In this document: piece by piece, positions 17,851-28,533 of the stretch
Layout of the letters: the number at the start of each line of letters is the position of its first letter
Numbering within the stretch: the stretch's first letter is position 1
DNA from: a virus
Virus record (IMG/VR): IMGVR_UViG_3300037851_000215
Coordinates: 30,219 to 94,218 of that record
Length of the DNA: 64,000 bases
Direction: 5' to 3' (one strand)
Translations under genes and position numbers: made by a program
The notes under the pieces: generated by a model
What the model was told of the DNA's origin: nothing
Databases searched by the model: none
The model's input: the letters and a program-made list of their open reading frames with translations, nothing else

Positions 17851-18342
17851 TTATTTATTCTGTTTAGCAATAATAGTTTTCATATTACCATTATTATCTC
17901 TAATAATGTCAAAAGACCAACTATTTAATTTATTTAAACTTGTATTTATACTTTTTAATTCATCTTTAAGAGATGAATTTTTAATTGCACTTTCTATTGC
18001 AAGTAATTCTTTTGAATTATTAATTTTAGATATAGTTAATAAATTATTATCAATCTTAGTTAAAACATCTGTATAATCAGTAGTTTTAATTTTTAAATTT
18101 ATATCACTAATTAAAATAGATAATATATCAATTAATGATTTAACTTCATCTAATTTATTGTTAATAACAATAGGTTGTTGTTTTAATTTGATATCAGTAC
18201 TTAAAACATTAGTAGTACTTGTTAAATTAGATAATGCTTCAGTTAATTTATCTAATAAATCTAGTAATACATTATCTTTTTGATTAGAAGATAAAGCAAT
18301 AATATCACGAAGTTCTTCTAATATTATCTTATATTCATCCAT
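17851..18342 (-). CDS. Coiled-coil protein with C-terminal beta-hairpin-like tail (163 aa)
   Basis: ORF track; L/I/N heptad-like pattern ending SWSFDIIRDNNGNMKTIIAK. Confidence 0.7.
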   Translation of the reverse strand: MDEYKIILEELRDIIALSSNQKDNVLLDLLDKLTEALSNLTSTTNVLSTDIKLKQQPIVINNKLDEVKSLIDILSILISDINLKIKTTDYTDVLTKIDNNLLTISKINNSKELLAIESAIKNSSLKDELKSINTSLNKLNSWSFDIIRDNNGNMKTIIAKQNK

Positions 18343-18343
18343 A

Positions 18344-21300
18344 TTATAATAATGAATTAAAATCTTTTATTTTACCTCTAAATAATCTTTGTGCATCAGA
18401 TGCTCTCATTTTACCAGCAGATGTATTAACTATTTTATTTCTACTTTTAGTAGGTATAACAAAATTATCTGATCTAAATTTATTAGTTTTTCCATAGCAA
18501 GGTTCACCTGTTTTATCATCAACAAAAGTAACATCATTTAAATCTATCGGTTCTTGTAAATTATTTGCAGATGGAATATTACTACTAAAAACAGCAAGTT
18601 TTTCACTTATATCAATATCACTATCACCAAAATCCCAATCATCTTCTGTAAGTCCTATATCAGAAACTACTCCAGTATAATGTTGTTCTGTAATAAATTG
18701 TTCAAATATAGTATTTAATTCATCTAATTTAGTACCAGTAATACCAAAAGCATTAGCTAATTCTCGTATTATTTCTTTTAATCTTGTCCAAAAACTAACA
18801 GTAACGTTATCTTTTTCTGTTTTAACTGTATCTAAAAACTTAGCAAAATCAACATCAGTAAGACCATATGTTAATATTTCTTCAACATCTTTATCATTAA
18901 TAATAGCTAATAATTTATTATCAATTTCTGTTTTATCTGGTTTAGAAACTAATGCTTTATATTGTTCTGTATTTTTTAATTCATCTCTAAATGTAGTAAG
19001 TGCATTTAATAATTCAGTACGTGCTTCAATTGATTTACTACCAATTAAACTATGTAGTATTTCATGTACTAATATAAGTGTAGCACTAGTAGGATTGTTT
19101 TTATACGCTTCTACCCACTTTTCATTTACAGATATAGATTTATCAGCAACATTATACCAAGCATATCTATTACTATATTGACCAGTAACAATACCATTAA
19201 ATTTAACATTGTCCGATATAACTAATTGATCTAAAATTGCTAATATAAAATCATATCTACTATCTAATTTAAACGTATTACTAAATTCTCTAAAAGTAGA
19301 AGTTTTTGTATTACTATCTAAATTACTTGTGTCAATATTTATTGCTAATGGTAACCCCCCTTTATTATTGACAGCAGTAGGCATAAAGTTACTAATCTTA
19401 TTACCATCTTTGTCAGTAACCATTCCTACATCAGTAACTATAACATTTGTATTGATTAAATATTCACTATAACTATTGTAAGTATTACCTAAAATATCAG
19501 TATATTTATTACCACTAAAGTTTTTATATTTAACAGTACGAGTTAATTTACCTAATTCTTTAGTAAATTGAGCTAAATCAATATTCTTTTCAACTAATAA
19601 ATCAGTTCCATTTTTACGTTCAATTCTATTATATTTAATAGAATTTTCATAAAAATTATATATAATAACTTGTTCTCTGCCTTGTTCATCAATAGTTATA
19701 AATCTAGCATCCTTATATGATAAATTTAAAATATTCTTTCTAGCAATACCATCATGATAAATTGTAAATATTTCTTCTATTTTTTCGTATATTGATGTAG
19801 CAATAGTATGATTTATTTCAACAGAATCTGTTTTATCAACTCTAATTTTACCATATTCCTGAATCAATCTAACTACTTCAGTTAATAATGCATTACCATC
19901 AGGAGAAGATAATAAATTACCATTTAATGTATTTAAATAAATTGGAACAGGAATAGTTGTATCTCTTCCTTCAACTCCTACATATAAACTATGAGTATAT
20001 TTAGGTTTAATAGAAACATGTGTATCATTAGGATCAGATACATTTTCTATAATTTTATTATGTGATTTAGTATCTAATTTATATAATTTAACTTTACCAG
20101 GAGAATTAATAATAGATAAATTATTAAATACCTTATTACCATTCTTATCCAATGCAATAATAACTGATCCACTAGTAATATGTGAAATAGTAGAAGAAAT
20201 AGTTACATCAGGATTAGCAGCAATGACTTTACGTATTTTCTTTACATTAATATGATCTCTATATAATTTATCTTTCCAATTATATACATTTTGTAAAACA
20301 TTCTGTTTATTAAATTCAATAGGTGCTGTACCTGTATCACTTTGTCCATAAAATAAAACATTACATATATGCATTAATGCTTTATTTCCAGCTGTACTTC
20401 TAGGATTAATATCACCTAATAAATCAAATATAATTCCAAAACTATCTTCTTTAAGTAATACTTCAAGTTGTTTATTAGCTTCAGTTATTGTATCAAATTT
20501 ATTACTATTATACCAACTTTGAATATGTGGAAACAATCGACTTAATAAATCGAGCCTAATATTTGTATTCTTTATATCTCTACTTAATTTATCAATCCAA
20601 TCGGTACCATCAAAACTATATCTTATTCCATGATGTATAGTGTTCGTTGTAGGGATTGCTGAAATGTTAGTAATACCATCTTTACTTTTTACACCTACAG
20701 ATATAGGAATTAAATCTGGATTATTTTTATTTTGGCTGAACTCCTGTTGCGTTGAATATTCAGAATTGACCTGCACTATTACTGGTGAATTTTTATCCAA
20801 CTGATTTAAAAGAAGTTTAAGTAAATCAGCATCTTCATTTGAAGACACCATTATATTACCATTTTCAAGAATAGTATAATTTACTTCTCTACCACTAAAA
20901 ACAAAAGTATTGAGACTATTAATTCCACCTGTTTCATTTATGTAATCTATATTATTAAATTCATATTCTTTATTAATGTTTTCAATACCAAATTCATGAA
21001 TAATATCATCTGCTGAAATATTATCTACATATTTACGTGTATTATATGTTCTTGTAGTTTTCGTTTCAGGATTAACAGTTGCATTACTTATTATTTCATA
21101 TGCATCTTTTAAATCATTATAATACTCTCTAAATACTTCAGCACCTACTAACTTAGCAAATTTTGCAGCAATAGATTTAAATTTAAAAAATGTATTTTTA
21201 GGTTTACCATTATGATCAAATTCATTAAATAATGGATCACCATTTGTACTATCATTTATAATACCAGTAATCCATTTATTAGCTCTTTCAACTTTAAGGG

Positions 21301-24300
21301 GAGTGAGTGGATTTTGTGCAGTAAAATCAATAGCTGGTTTAGTATTATCATCTGAATTAACAGCTCTAAATCCAGCAGCATTATTAATATGTTCTGAAAC
21401 AACTGCTTTATTTGCATCTTCTAATGTAATATCAGCAATATAACCACTAAGTAATAATATTTCATTAATTAATTCTTCTAACTTATTAAATTTAGAAAAA
21501 TAATTAAATACAGCAGTTAAATCTTTTTTAATATTCTGTTTAGCTACATCACTTAATTCATTTCCTTGCATAATAGCAAGTAATGTATTATAAATATTGT
21601 CTGTACCAGCAGCAGCTTTACGTAATTCATTTTCAACTAATGCTATAATACGTTCATCACGTTTACCTGTATATTTAACAGGTTCTGTGCTTAATTCATT
21701 AGTTTTAAAGATATCACTTAGTTTATCTACTATTTCTTGATTACTAGTTGCAATAGATTCACTAACTGATTTTTGTGAAAGTCGCCTATTCTTTTCTTCA
21801 ATTAAAAATTGTTTAGTATTAGTTAAAGAAGATGTATATAATTCAATACGACTATTATCTAACTTAGCTAAAGGATCATTAGCTTCAGCAAATGGATCGA
21901 TTTTAGTTTCTTTAATAGACTTAATATAATCGTCTATTTTTGCAATTTTAGCATCAATAGTTTCAGCAGTATCTTTATTTTCTTTATCTAATTTAATTTC
22001 AGCATTAATCTTGTCTTTAAACTGCCTAAATTGATATTCTTGTCTATCATTCTTTTCTTTTTTAAGTTGTTTTTCAACAATAGGAATACTTTTATCAGTA
22101 TTTAATAATTCTTCGTACTTAGTATTATCAGCTTGAATAAATATTTCAAATAACTTAGCATCAACTTCTTTATCAATTATATCAGAAATAGAATTAAAAT
22201 CACCAAGTGCTTCGTTATCTCCTAACTCTTTTCTCTTAGCTTTAATATCATTTTTAATTTCTTCAGCTCTAGTTTCTAATACTTTTCTTCTAGTTTCGTT
22301 ATTTTCAGAACTAATATATGTATCAATAAAAGAAATAACTCTACTATTTACAATATTTTCTAATGTACCATCTAAATCTTTATCTTTATTCTGTTCCTTA
22401 AGAGTATCATATGCAGGATTATTATTTTTTAGTTTACTTATTTCAGTTTTAATATTAGCATATGTTTTCTTATAATGATTAATATCATTTTTAATAGAAA
22501 CTGCTTTACCTAGAATAGCTTCTCTTATCCAAGGTTTAGTAACAGTACTATTAAATATTTTACCATAAACTTGTTTATATGTAGTTTCAGCATCTAATAC
22601 ATGTTGAGTTAAATCAGCTAATGTAGTGTCAAATGTATTTTCATCTGTAATTCCTAGTTCAATCAATTTAGTTTTAAATTCAGGATGTTTAAGCATATCA
22701 AGTAATAAATCAATATTACCATGTCTACTTGCATTTAAACCTAAACTATAACCTAATGATTGAAGTTCTTTTTTACTAAGATTATTTATTGCATTTGCTA
22801 TCTCAACATCATTGCCTTGTAACTTAGTTCCATTATTTGGATTTATACCATTATTAATTAAATCTAATTTACGTTTAGATTCAGCTATAATTAAAAATCT
22901 ATTTTTAATTTCTTCTACTTTTGCATCAGCACTATATGGATTTTTTTCATCAAATAACATTTCTTTAGCTGATCTATACAATCTAGTACCACCACTAAAT
23001 GTAACACCACCTAAAAATCCCCAAAATGCTTGTTCCCATGAAGAAGGATCATTTAAATATTCATTTAATCTATCTTTAAAATCACTATCTTTTTCTTTAC
23101 CTAATAAATATTTACCATACCAATTAGCATCACTTTGTGAAATAGCATTTATAAGTTCTTCTGCACCTTCACTGACTTGTTCACCGATAAATATAGAACT
23201 CCCCTTTAAAAAAGAAAGTGCTGCCACATTAGATTTAGCTGCGGCTCTAACTGCTGATTTACCAGTAGCTCCTAATTCTTGTTTAACAGGAGTTAATAAA
23301 TTAGCTTGATATGCAGTAGCTTTTCCAGATTGTAAACCAGCTCTAGTAATAACTTTGTTAGGTTTGAATATAGGAGCTAATTGCATCATATCAAATACAA
23401 GATTAACAGCATTCATTCCATAATTCTTCCATGCTGCTTTACTTGCAATAAATTCAGCTAAACCTGTTTTAGTAGCCGTTTTATGTTCTTTGATATATTC
23501 TTGTCCAATTTCAGAAGAAAGTAGTTTATTATATTCATTATCATCTGAAATAGTTTCTAATACTTCATTTCTAATAGTATTAAAAGATTGACTACTTTCT
23601 CTCATGTTCTCAGCATTACGCATAGCAAGAGAAGAAGTCATTAATTGTTGCCAATATCTTTCAGTATCAGTTATATCAGAAGCAATACCTAATCCTTTTC
23701 TAATAGCTTTTGTTTTACTAGCTTCAGAAAGTGTTTTTAATAATTTACTAAAATAACCAGTTGCTTTACTAGCACCTAATGCAGGAATAAACAAACCTGC
23801 TGTACTAAATACACTTACAAAATTACCAGTCCACCAACCTAAATCTTTCCAATCAAATGCTTTGTCTGGATTATATCTAAAAATAGGATTAGTTTCTTTT
23901 AATTCTTCACTTATATTATCTGCTAATTTAGTAAAAAAGTTATTAAAATCAGCATCTTTATTAAAAATCTCTTCAAACAAACTAACAGGTAATTCTAATA
24001 AACTACCAGCACCACCAATAAATCCTTGAGCTAATATTTCACCTACTCCACCCTGTACAAACATATTACCAATCTTACTACCAGCAGATTGATTAGCAGC
24101 AGCTTGTCTTTCTAAATTAACATTAGGATAAATTTCATTGATAAATTTTCTATATTTATCAATATTTTCAAAATTGTATCCAACTAAACTTTCTTGAATA
24201 GTAGGTTTAGCAACAACATCATATCCTAATGCCGTATTTATAGATTTAGGTGCTTCTTTAGAACCAGATAAAGCAAGTGATAGATCAATGGATTTATTAA

Positions 24301-24310
24301 CTAAGTCCAT
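18344..24310 (-). CDS. Large ejected (cargo) protein with C-terminal zincin-like metallopeptidase domain (1988 aa)
   Basis: HEILH at 19052-19066 followed by DVEEILTYGLTD; N-terminal hydrophobic Gly/Ala segments (WEQAFWGFLGGVTFSGG); position in the cargo/RNAP cluster typical of crAss-like phages. Confidence 0.8.
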   Translation of the reverse strand: MDLVNKSIDLSLALSGSKEAPKSINTALGYDVVAKPTIQESLVGYNFENIDKYRKFINEIYPNVNLERQAAANQSAGSKIGNMFVQGGVGEILAQGFIGGAGSLLELPVSLFEEIFNKDADFNNFFTKLADNISEELKETNPIFRYNPDKAFDWKDLGWWTGNFVSVFSTAGLFIPALGASKATGYFSKLLKTLSEASKTKAIRKGLGIASDITDTERYWQQLMTSSLAMRNAENMRESSQSFNTIRNEVLETISDDNEYNKLLSSEIGQEYIKEHKTATKTGLAEFIASKAAWKNYGMNAVNLVFDMMQLAPIFKPNKVITRAGLQSGKATAYQANLLTPVKQELGATGKSAVRAAAKSNVAALSFLKGSSIFIGEQVSEGAEELINAISQSDANWYGKYLLGKEKDSDFKDRLNEYLNDPSSWEQAFWGFLGGVTFSGGTRLYRSAKEMLFDEKNPYSADAKVEEIKNRFLIIAESKRKLDLINNGINPNNGTKLQGNDVEIANAINNLSKKELQSLGYSLGLNASRHGNIDLLLDMLKHPEFKTKLIELGITDENTFDTTLADLTQHVLDAETTYKQVYGKIFNSTVTKPWIREAILGKAVSIKNDINHYKKTYANIKTEISKLKNNNPAYDTLKEQNKDKDLDGTLENIVNSRVISFIDTYISSENNETRRKVLETRAEEIKNDIKAKRKELGDNEALGDFNSISDIIDKEVDAKLFEIFIQADNTKYEELLNTDKSIPIVEKQLKKEKNDRQEYQFRQFKDKINAEIKLDKENKDTAETIDAKIAKIDDYIKSIKETKIDPFAEANDPLAKLDNSRIELYTSSLTNTKQFLIEEKNRRLSQKSVSESIATSNQEIVDKLSDIFKTNELSTEPVKYTGKRDERIIALVENELRKAAAGTDNIYNTLLAIMQGNELSDVAKQNIKKDLTAVFNYFSKFNKLEELINEILLLSGYIADITLEDANKAVVSEHINNAAGFRAVNSDDNTKPAIDFTAQNPLTPLKVERANKWITGIINDSTNGDPLFNEFDHNGKPKNTFFKFKSIAAKFAKLVGAEVFREYYNDLKDAYEIISNATVNPETKTTRTYNTRKYVDNISADDIIHEFGIENINKEYEFNNIDYINETGGINSLNTFVFSGREVNYTILENGNIMVSSNEDADLLKLLLNQLDKNSPVIVQVNSEYSTQQEFSQNKNNPDLIPISVGVKSKDGITNISAIPTTNTIHHGIRYSFDGTDWIDKLSRDIKNTNIRLDLLSRLFPHIQSWYNSNKFDTITEANKQLEVLLKEDSFGIIFDLLGDINPRSTAGNKALMHICNVLFYGQSDTGTAPIEFNKQNVLQNVYNWKDKLYRDHINVKKIRKVIAANPDVTISSTISHITSGSVIIALDKNGNKVFNNLSIINSPGKVKLYKLDTKSHNKIIENVSDPNDTHVSIKPKYTHSLYVGVEGRDTTIPVPIYLNTLNGNLLSSPDGNALLTEVVRLIQEYGKIRVDKTDSVEINHTIATSIYEKIEEIFTIYHDGIARKNILNLSYKDARFITIDEQGREQVIIYNFYENSIKYNRIERKNGTDLLVEKNIDLAQFTKELGKLTRTVKYKNFSGNKYTDILGNTYNSYSEYLINTNVIVTDVGMVTDKDGNKISNFMPTAVNNKGGLPLAINIDTSNLDSNTKTSTFREFSNTFKLDSRYDFILAILDQLVISDNVKFNGIVTGQYSNRYAWYNVADKSISVNEKWVEAYKNNPTSATLILVHEILHSLIGSKSIEARTELLNALTTFRDELKNTEQYKALVSKPDKTEIDNKLLAIINDKDVEEILTYGLTDVDFAKFLDTVKTEKDNVTVSFWTRLKEIIRELANAFGITGTKLDELNTIFEQFITEQHYTGVVSDIGLTEDDWDFGDSDIDISEKLAVFSSNIPSANNLQEPIDLNDVTFVDDKTGEPCYGKTNKFRSDNFVIPTKSRNKIVNTSAGKMRASDAQRLFRGKIKDFNSLL

Positions 24311-24311
24311 A

Positions 24312-26753
24312 TTATTTGTTTAAATATTCTGTTATTAAATAACGCTGTATATCTTGAATTGTAAAGTTCTCTACAAGTTTTGTTCTTTCATTAGTAGTAG
24401 GATTTATTTGATTTAATATAAAACCTTCCATACCATTTTTCATTATACCAGTACTCAATTCAAATAGACCTCTTTTATTAGGATCGCTTTTAGAAATAGG
24501 AACTCCTCTTAATATTTGAGTAGGAAAATCAGCATATGTAAAATTGGGATTTACAGCTTCCATTACAGCTAAATCATTAAGAATAGGATCAATATATGGA
24601 CCATGTACTATTGTACTTAATGTATTATAAGCATATTCTTTAGCTACATCAGTAGATTCAGAAGCATTATTTAAAACAGTATTAACTCTATCCATTAATA
24701 TAGAGTTTCTATTATTTGGATTAGGTGTTATAATTTTACTAGCTAATTCAGGTGGAAGAGGATCTATATTATCATCATTAGGTACAAATCGAATAAGATC
24801 ATAACCAGGTTGCGATTTATTAGCACCAATTTCCAATACAGGTGTATATCTAGATTTATCTATTCCTGCTTCATCATACCAATCAGCAAGTGTCATTGGT
24901 TCACCTTGTGTATTAAGAGCACTAGGAATAATCCATTCACGTCCATTATTCATAATAACTTCAGCCCATGATTTCATCATAGGACTAGGTGCACCTTGTT
25001 TATCATGAAAAATTACAGTTTCAAATGATGCATTAATATCACCATCTTGAACTGCTTTAGTAAATGCATCTTCAAAGGTACGTTTTAAATTACCTTTACT
25101 TAATTTACTTGCTGCTCCAATTATTGCAGCACTTACTACTATATTTGGAATACTAAAGTTATTACTAGTTATTCCTAATCCTGGAATACGATTTGTAATA
25201 GATAATAATTTTTCGTTCTTATCCTGTCTTTCATTTAAAATATTACTTACTTCAGGTATAACATCGTCTCTAAGTCCAGTTAAATATTCTACTATTTCAG
25301 TTTCGTGATCTTTAAATATTTCTCTTTTAATAGGATCATCAACTAAAGAAATAAAGTCTTCCCATATAGCATCTCTTATATTAATACCATTAGGTGTCTT
25401 TAAAAACGACCTACGTAACATATTATCAACACCTTTGATATTATTTATTCTATTTTGAATATCTTTATACTTATCGCTATCTGGGCTATATGCTTTTAAT
25501 TGTTTATTTAATTCAGCAATTTGAGCAGTATTAACTTTAGGATCATAATTTAATCCTGTAATTGGACTAGTACCTTCATGTATGCCAAATATATTAGCAT
25601 CTTCCTCTTTTTTATCTTGCTTGGCTTTATTATACCAATATGCTTTATCTTCAACCAATTGACTATCTTGTTCTCTATAACCAAATCCTCTAGCAAAATC
25701 AATTACTTTATCTGTTTCCAAATCAGTTAAAACTTTACTATACATTCTTTGTAAAGTTTCATTATCACTTAAACCTTGTTCTCTATATTGTTTATATAAA
25801 GGTGTATTTTTAAAATTAGGAGAAATTGCTTGTATAGCAACAGTAGTTAATAAACCATTAATACCAGGTAAATACATTTTATTACTTACTGTATTCCATT
25901 CATCATCTACATGAATACCTATTTCTCTAAAATCAGCAGGAGTTATAGATTTACTTACAAAGTCACCATTTTCATCAGTTAAATATTTTCCATTTTCATC
26001 TTTAAGAGTAAAGGCATCAAATGTATATGCATTATTGATATAATCATAATAATCTTTAACCATTGGTGTAGTTTCAATCCAATCTGAAACTGCTTTAGCT
26101 ATTTTTTCACCATCTACCCCTTTAGCAGTTTCACGTAATAAGTAACCTTCTAATCCAGGATAAGGTCTTAGTATTTCAGCAACAGGTGTACCATTAATTG
26201 TACCAGCAGCTAAAGTATCTTTGTGTTGACTTAATTGATTTACTATTTTTAAAACTTGTTCAGTAGTATCAATTTTATCAATAGGAGTAGGTGTATTCCA
26301 TCTATTTAATACTTGACCTTCTGTATCTAACTCAACTGCTTTACTATTATATCTGTTATTATTAATATAAAATGCGTTTAATGCTCTATCATCTATCTTA
26401 CCTTCTTCATGTCTTTTTTGTAAATCAGTTTTAGTGGCTTGCAATTTAGCATAATCTTCCATAGAAGCTGATAATAACTTATCACCAGTTAACCGTTCTT
26501 TAGCTTTATATAGTATATTACTAGCATAATGCCATTTACCATCAACGGTTTCTAATAAGTTTTCAACATCACTAGTAGCTCTTGCTAAAACAGAAAGATT
26601 TCTATCTTCTACTTTAGAATTAGCCATAGCCTGTCGAAGAATACTAGTTTCTTCTCTATTTTTATAGTATTTAGCCTCTAATTCCTGACCTGTACGTTCA
26701 TATACATCAATAGGACGAGGTTTATAAGTAGATTGAAATTGAGCAAATTTCAT
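24312..26753 (-). CDS. Putative ejected (cargo) protein (~813 aa)
   Basis: ORF track gives start 26792; the ATG at 26753 (MKFAQFQSTYKP) sits 1 nt after the upstream stop and is more plausible; synteny between cargo protein 1 and the zincin protein. Confidence 0.65.
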   Translation of the reverse strand: MKFAQFQSTYKPRPIDVYERTGQELEAKYYKNREETSILRQAMANSKVEDRNLSVLARATSDVENLLETVDGKWHYASNILYKAKERLTGDKLLSASMEDYAKLQATKTDLQKRHEEGKIDDRALNAFYINNNRYNSKAVELDTEGQVLNRWNTPTPIDKIDTTEQVLKIVNQLSQHKDTLAAGTINGTPVAEILRPYPGLEGYLLRETAKGVDGEKIAKAVSDWIETTPMVKDYYDYINNAYTFDAFTLKDENGKYLTDENGDFVSKSITPADFREIGIHVDDEWNTVSNKMYLPGINGLLTTVAIQAISPNFKNTPLYKQYREQGLSDNETLQRMYSKVLTDLETDKVIDFARGFGYREQDSQLVEDKAYWYNKAKQDKKEEDANIFGIHEGTSPITGLNYDPKVNTAQIAELNKQLKAYSPDSDKYKDIQNRINNIKGVDNMLRRSFLKTPNGINIRDAIWEDFISLVDDPIKREIFKDHETEIVEYLTGLRDDVIPEVSNILNERQDKNEKLLSITNRIPGLGITSNNFSIPNIVVSAAIIGAASKLSKGNLKRTFEDAFTKAVQDGDINASFETVIFHDKQGAPSPMMKSWAEVIMNNGREWIIPSALNTQGEPMTLADWYDEAGIDKSRYTPVLEIGANKSQPGYDLIRFVPNDDNIDPLPPELASKIITPNPNNRNSILMDRVNTVLNNASESTDVAKEYAYNTLSTIVHGPYIDPILNDLAVMEAVNPNFTYADFPTQILRGVPISKSDPNKRGLFELSTGIMKNGMEGFILNQINPTTNERTKLVENFTIQDIQRYLITEYLNK

Positions 26754-26754
26754 A

Positions 26755-28533
26755 TTAATAAGTATATTTAATTGATTTACGTATCCTACCACCTCTAGCT
26801 CTTACAAAGTCAGTTCCAATACTATCTTTCCATCTAGCTTTTAAACTATCCATCATATCTCTATCTCTAAGAATAGTATTAAATTCACTAACTGCTCCTT
26901 GTACATTTCCTAATCTAGTACTTTCTAAATCACCAAATTGTTCATTAGCTGCTATTTTAGCATTTAATTTCATTAATTCGGTTTGATTTAGTGTATTAAG
27001 ATTATTCATATTATTTTGCATAATACCCATTGTATTCTGATTACGCAATCCTATTCCAATTCTATTTTTTTCACCATAGATTTGATTAAGATTACCTATT
27101 CTAGACATATTAGCACTATTTCTTAATGCACTAGCAATAGCAGGATCAATACCACTTAATCCAGAAATAGCACTTGCATATCCTTGATTAACAGCACTTA
27201 CATTATCAGATACATCTACATTTTCATTAAGTAAATAATTCTTACTTAATCTAGGAGTATATGATAAAGTTTGATTTAGACTATCAGTAATTAGATTTTT
27301 CTGCCTACCTAATATCTTATTAGACATAAGTAGATTACCAATAGTACCAGCAGCACCAAATATAGTATTAACATCTAAATTACGAATATTAGGTAAATTA
27401 AATGACTTACTTCTAGTTGTACTAGCACCAGTATATGGATTATTAGTTTTCTGTAAACCAGGAGTTTTAAACAACTGTAAACCAGATGTATCAACTTTCA
27501 TTGGACCAAGATTTATACCATTATATGCCATTGGTGCCATTTTATTATTTAATCCTATTAATTTAGCTTGTTTAGCTTCAATTATGGATTTATTCATTCT
27601 ATTTTTCATACGATCTAATTTAATAAATTGATCAGCAAAACTATTACCATTAACACCAATTCGTTTACTTAATACAAAAGGAGTATAAGGCATATCCCTA
27701 TCAGTAACAAGAACTTCACCTGGTTCAGCATATGCTAATACTCTACCTTTCTTTTTTATAGGGAGATTTTGACCAGATTCATGTGTACCAGTAGTAGTAC
27801 CAGATGAGTTAGTAAGTATTTTATTTCCATTACCTAATCCAATTCCTTTAGCAGCAATTTGACCACCATTAGCTTTAAGTTTTTTCATTGCAAAATAGTG
27901 TTTACTACTAGGCTTATAATGTGGATTATTAACATGTTCTTCCATAGCCCAATATTTCAATCCACCAGGATTAGCTGTTCTACCGTGAGTAACATCTATT
28001 CCTTTATTCTTATCTATATAATTTAGTGTTTCTTCTGGTGTCATTGTATTCCAAAGTGTTTGAGTAACTTTAGTACTATCTATAACACCACGTTTCACCA
28101 ATTCTGGATAAATACTTAATCTAGTATGAGGTCTCCATACATTATTTCTAACTATTGTAACTGCTTTTGGTGGTTTAATTGTAGGCTCTTGTACAGCACC
28201 ACCACTTTTCATAAATAAACTATTCATATTATTTAATTGAAAATCAGATAAATAATTCAAATCATTTAAATAAGTTTGTTTAGTATTGAGTTTATTTAAT
28301 CTATTTCTAGAATTAATCATTTCAGAACGCAATAAAGCATTTCGTCTATTCTGTTCACGAAGTTGTTTATTTTCTGATCTATTACCAGTTAATGCACCAA
28401 GTAATGCACCAGCACCACTTGCAATACCTGCTCCAAGTGGACCAAACATAGAACCAATACTACTTCCTATTTGAAAACCACTACTGGCGCCTGTTAATGC
28501 ACCACCCCAATCTTTTCTATTATATTTTTTCAT
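26755..28533 (-). CDS. Cargo protein 1-like ejected protein with N-terminal Gly-rich hydrophobic segment (592 aa)
   Basis: WGGALTGASSGFQIGSSIGSMFGPLGAGIASGAGALLGALTG; GTHESG...AEPGEV motif; N/M/Q-rich C-terminal helices; directly downstream of the muzzle gene. Confidence 0.7.
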   Translation of the reverse strand: MKKYNRKDWGGALTGASSGFQIGSSIGSMFGPLGAGIASGAGALLGALTGNRSENKQLREQNRRNALLRSEMINSRNRLNKLNTKQTYLNDLNYLSDFQLNNMNSLFMKSGGAVQEPTIKPPKAVTIVRNNVWRPHTRLSIYPELVKRGVIDSTKVTQTLWNTMTPEETLNYIDKNKGIDVTHGRTANPGGLKYWAMEEHVNNPHYKPSSKHYFAMKKLKANGGQIAAKGIGLGNGNKILTNSSGTTTGTHESGQNLPIKKKGRVLAYAEPGEVLVTDRDMPYTPFVLSKRIGVNGNSFADQFIKLDRMKNRMNKSIIEAKQAKLIGLNNKMAPMAYNGINLGPMKVDTSGLQLFKTPGLQKTNNPYTGASTTRSKSFNLPNIRNLDVNTIFGAAGTIGNLLMSNKILGRQKNLITDSLNQTLSYTPRLSKNYLLNENVDVSDNVSAVNQGYASAISGLSGIDPAIASALRNSANMSRIGNLNQIYGEKNRIGIGLRNQNTMGIMQNNMNNLNTLNQTELMKLNAKIAANEQFGDLESTRLGNVQGAVSEFNTILRDRDMMDSLKARWKDSIGTDFVRARGGRIRKSIKYTY

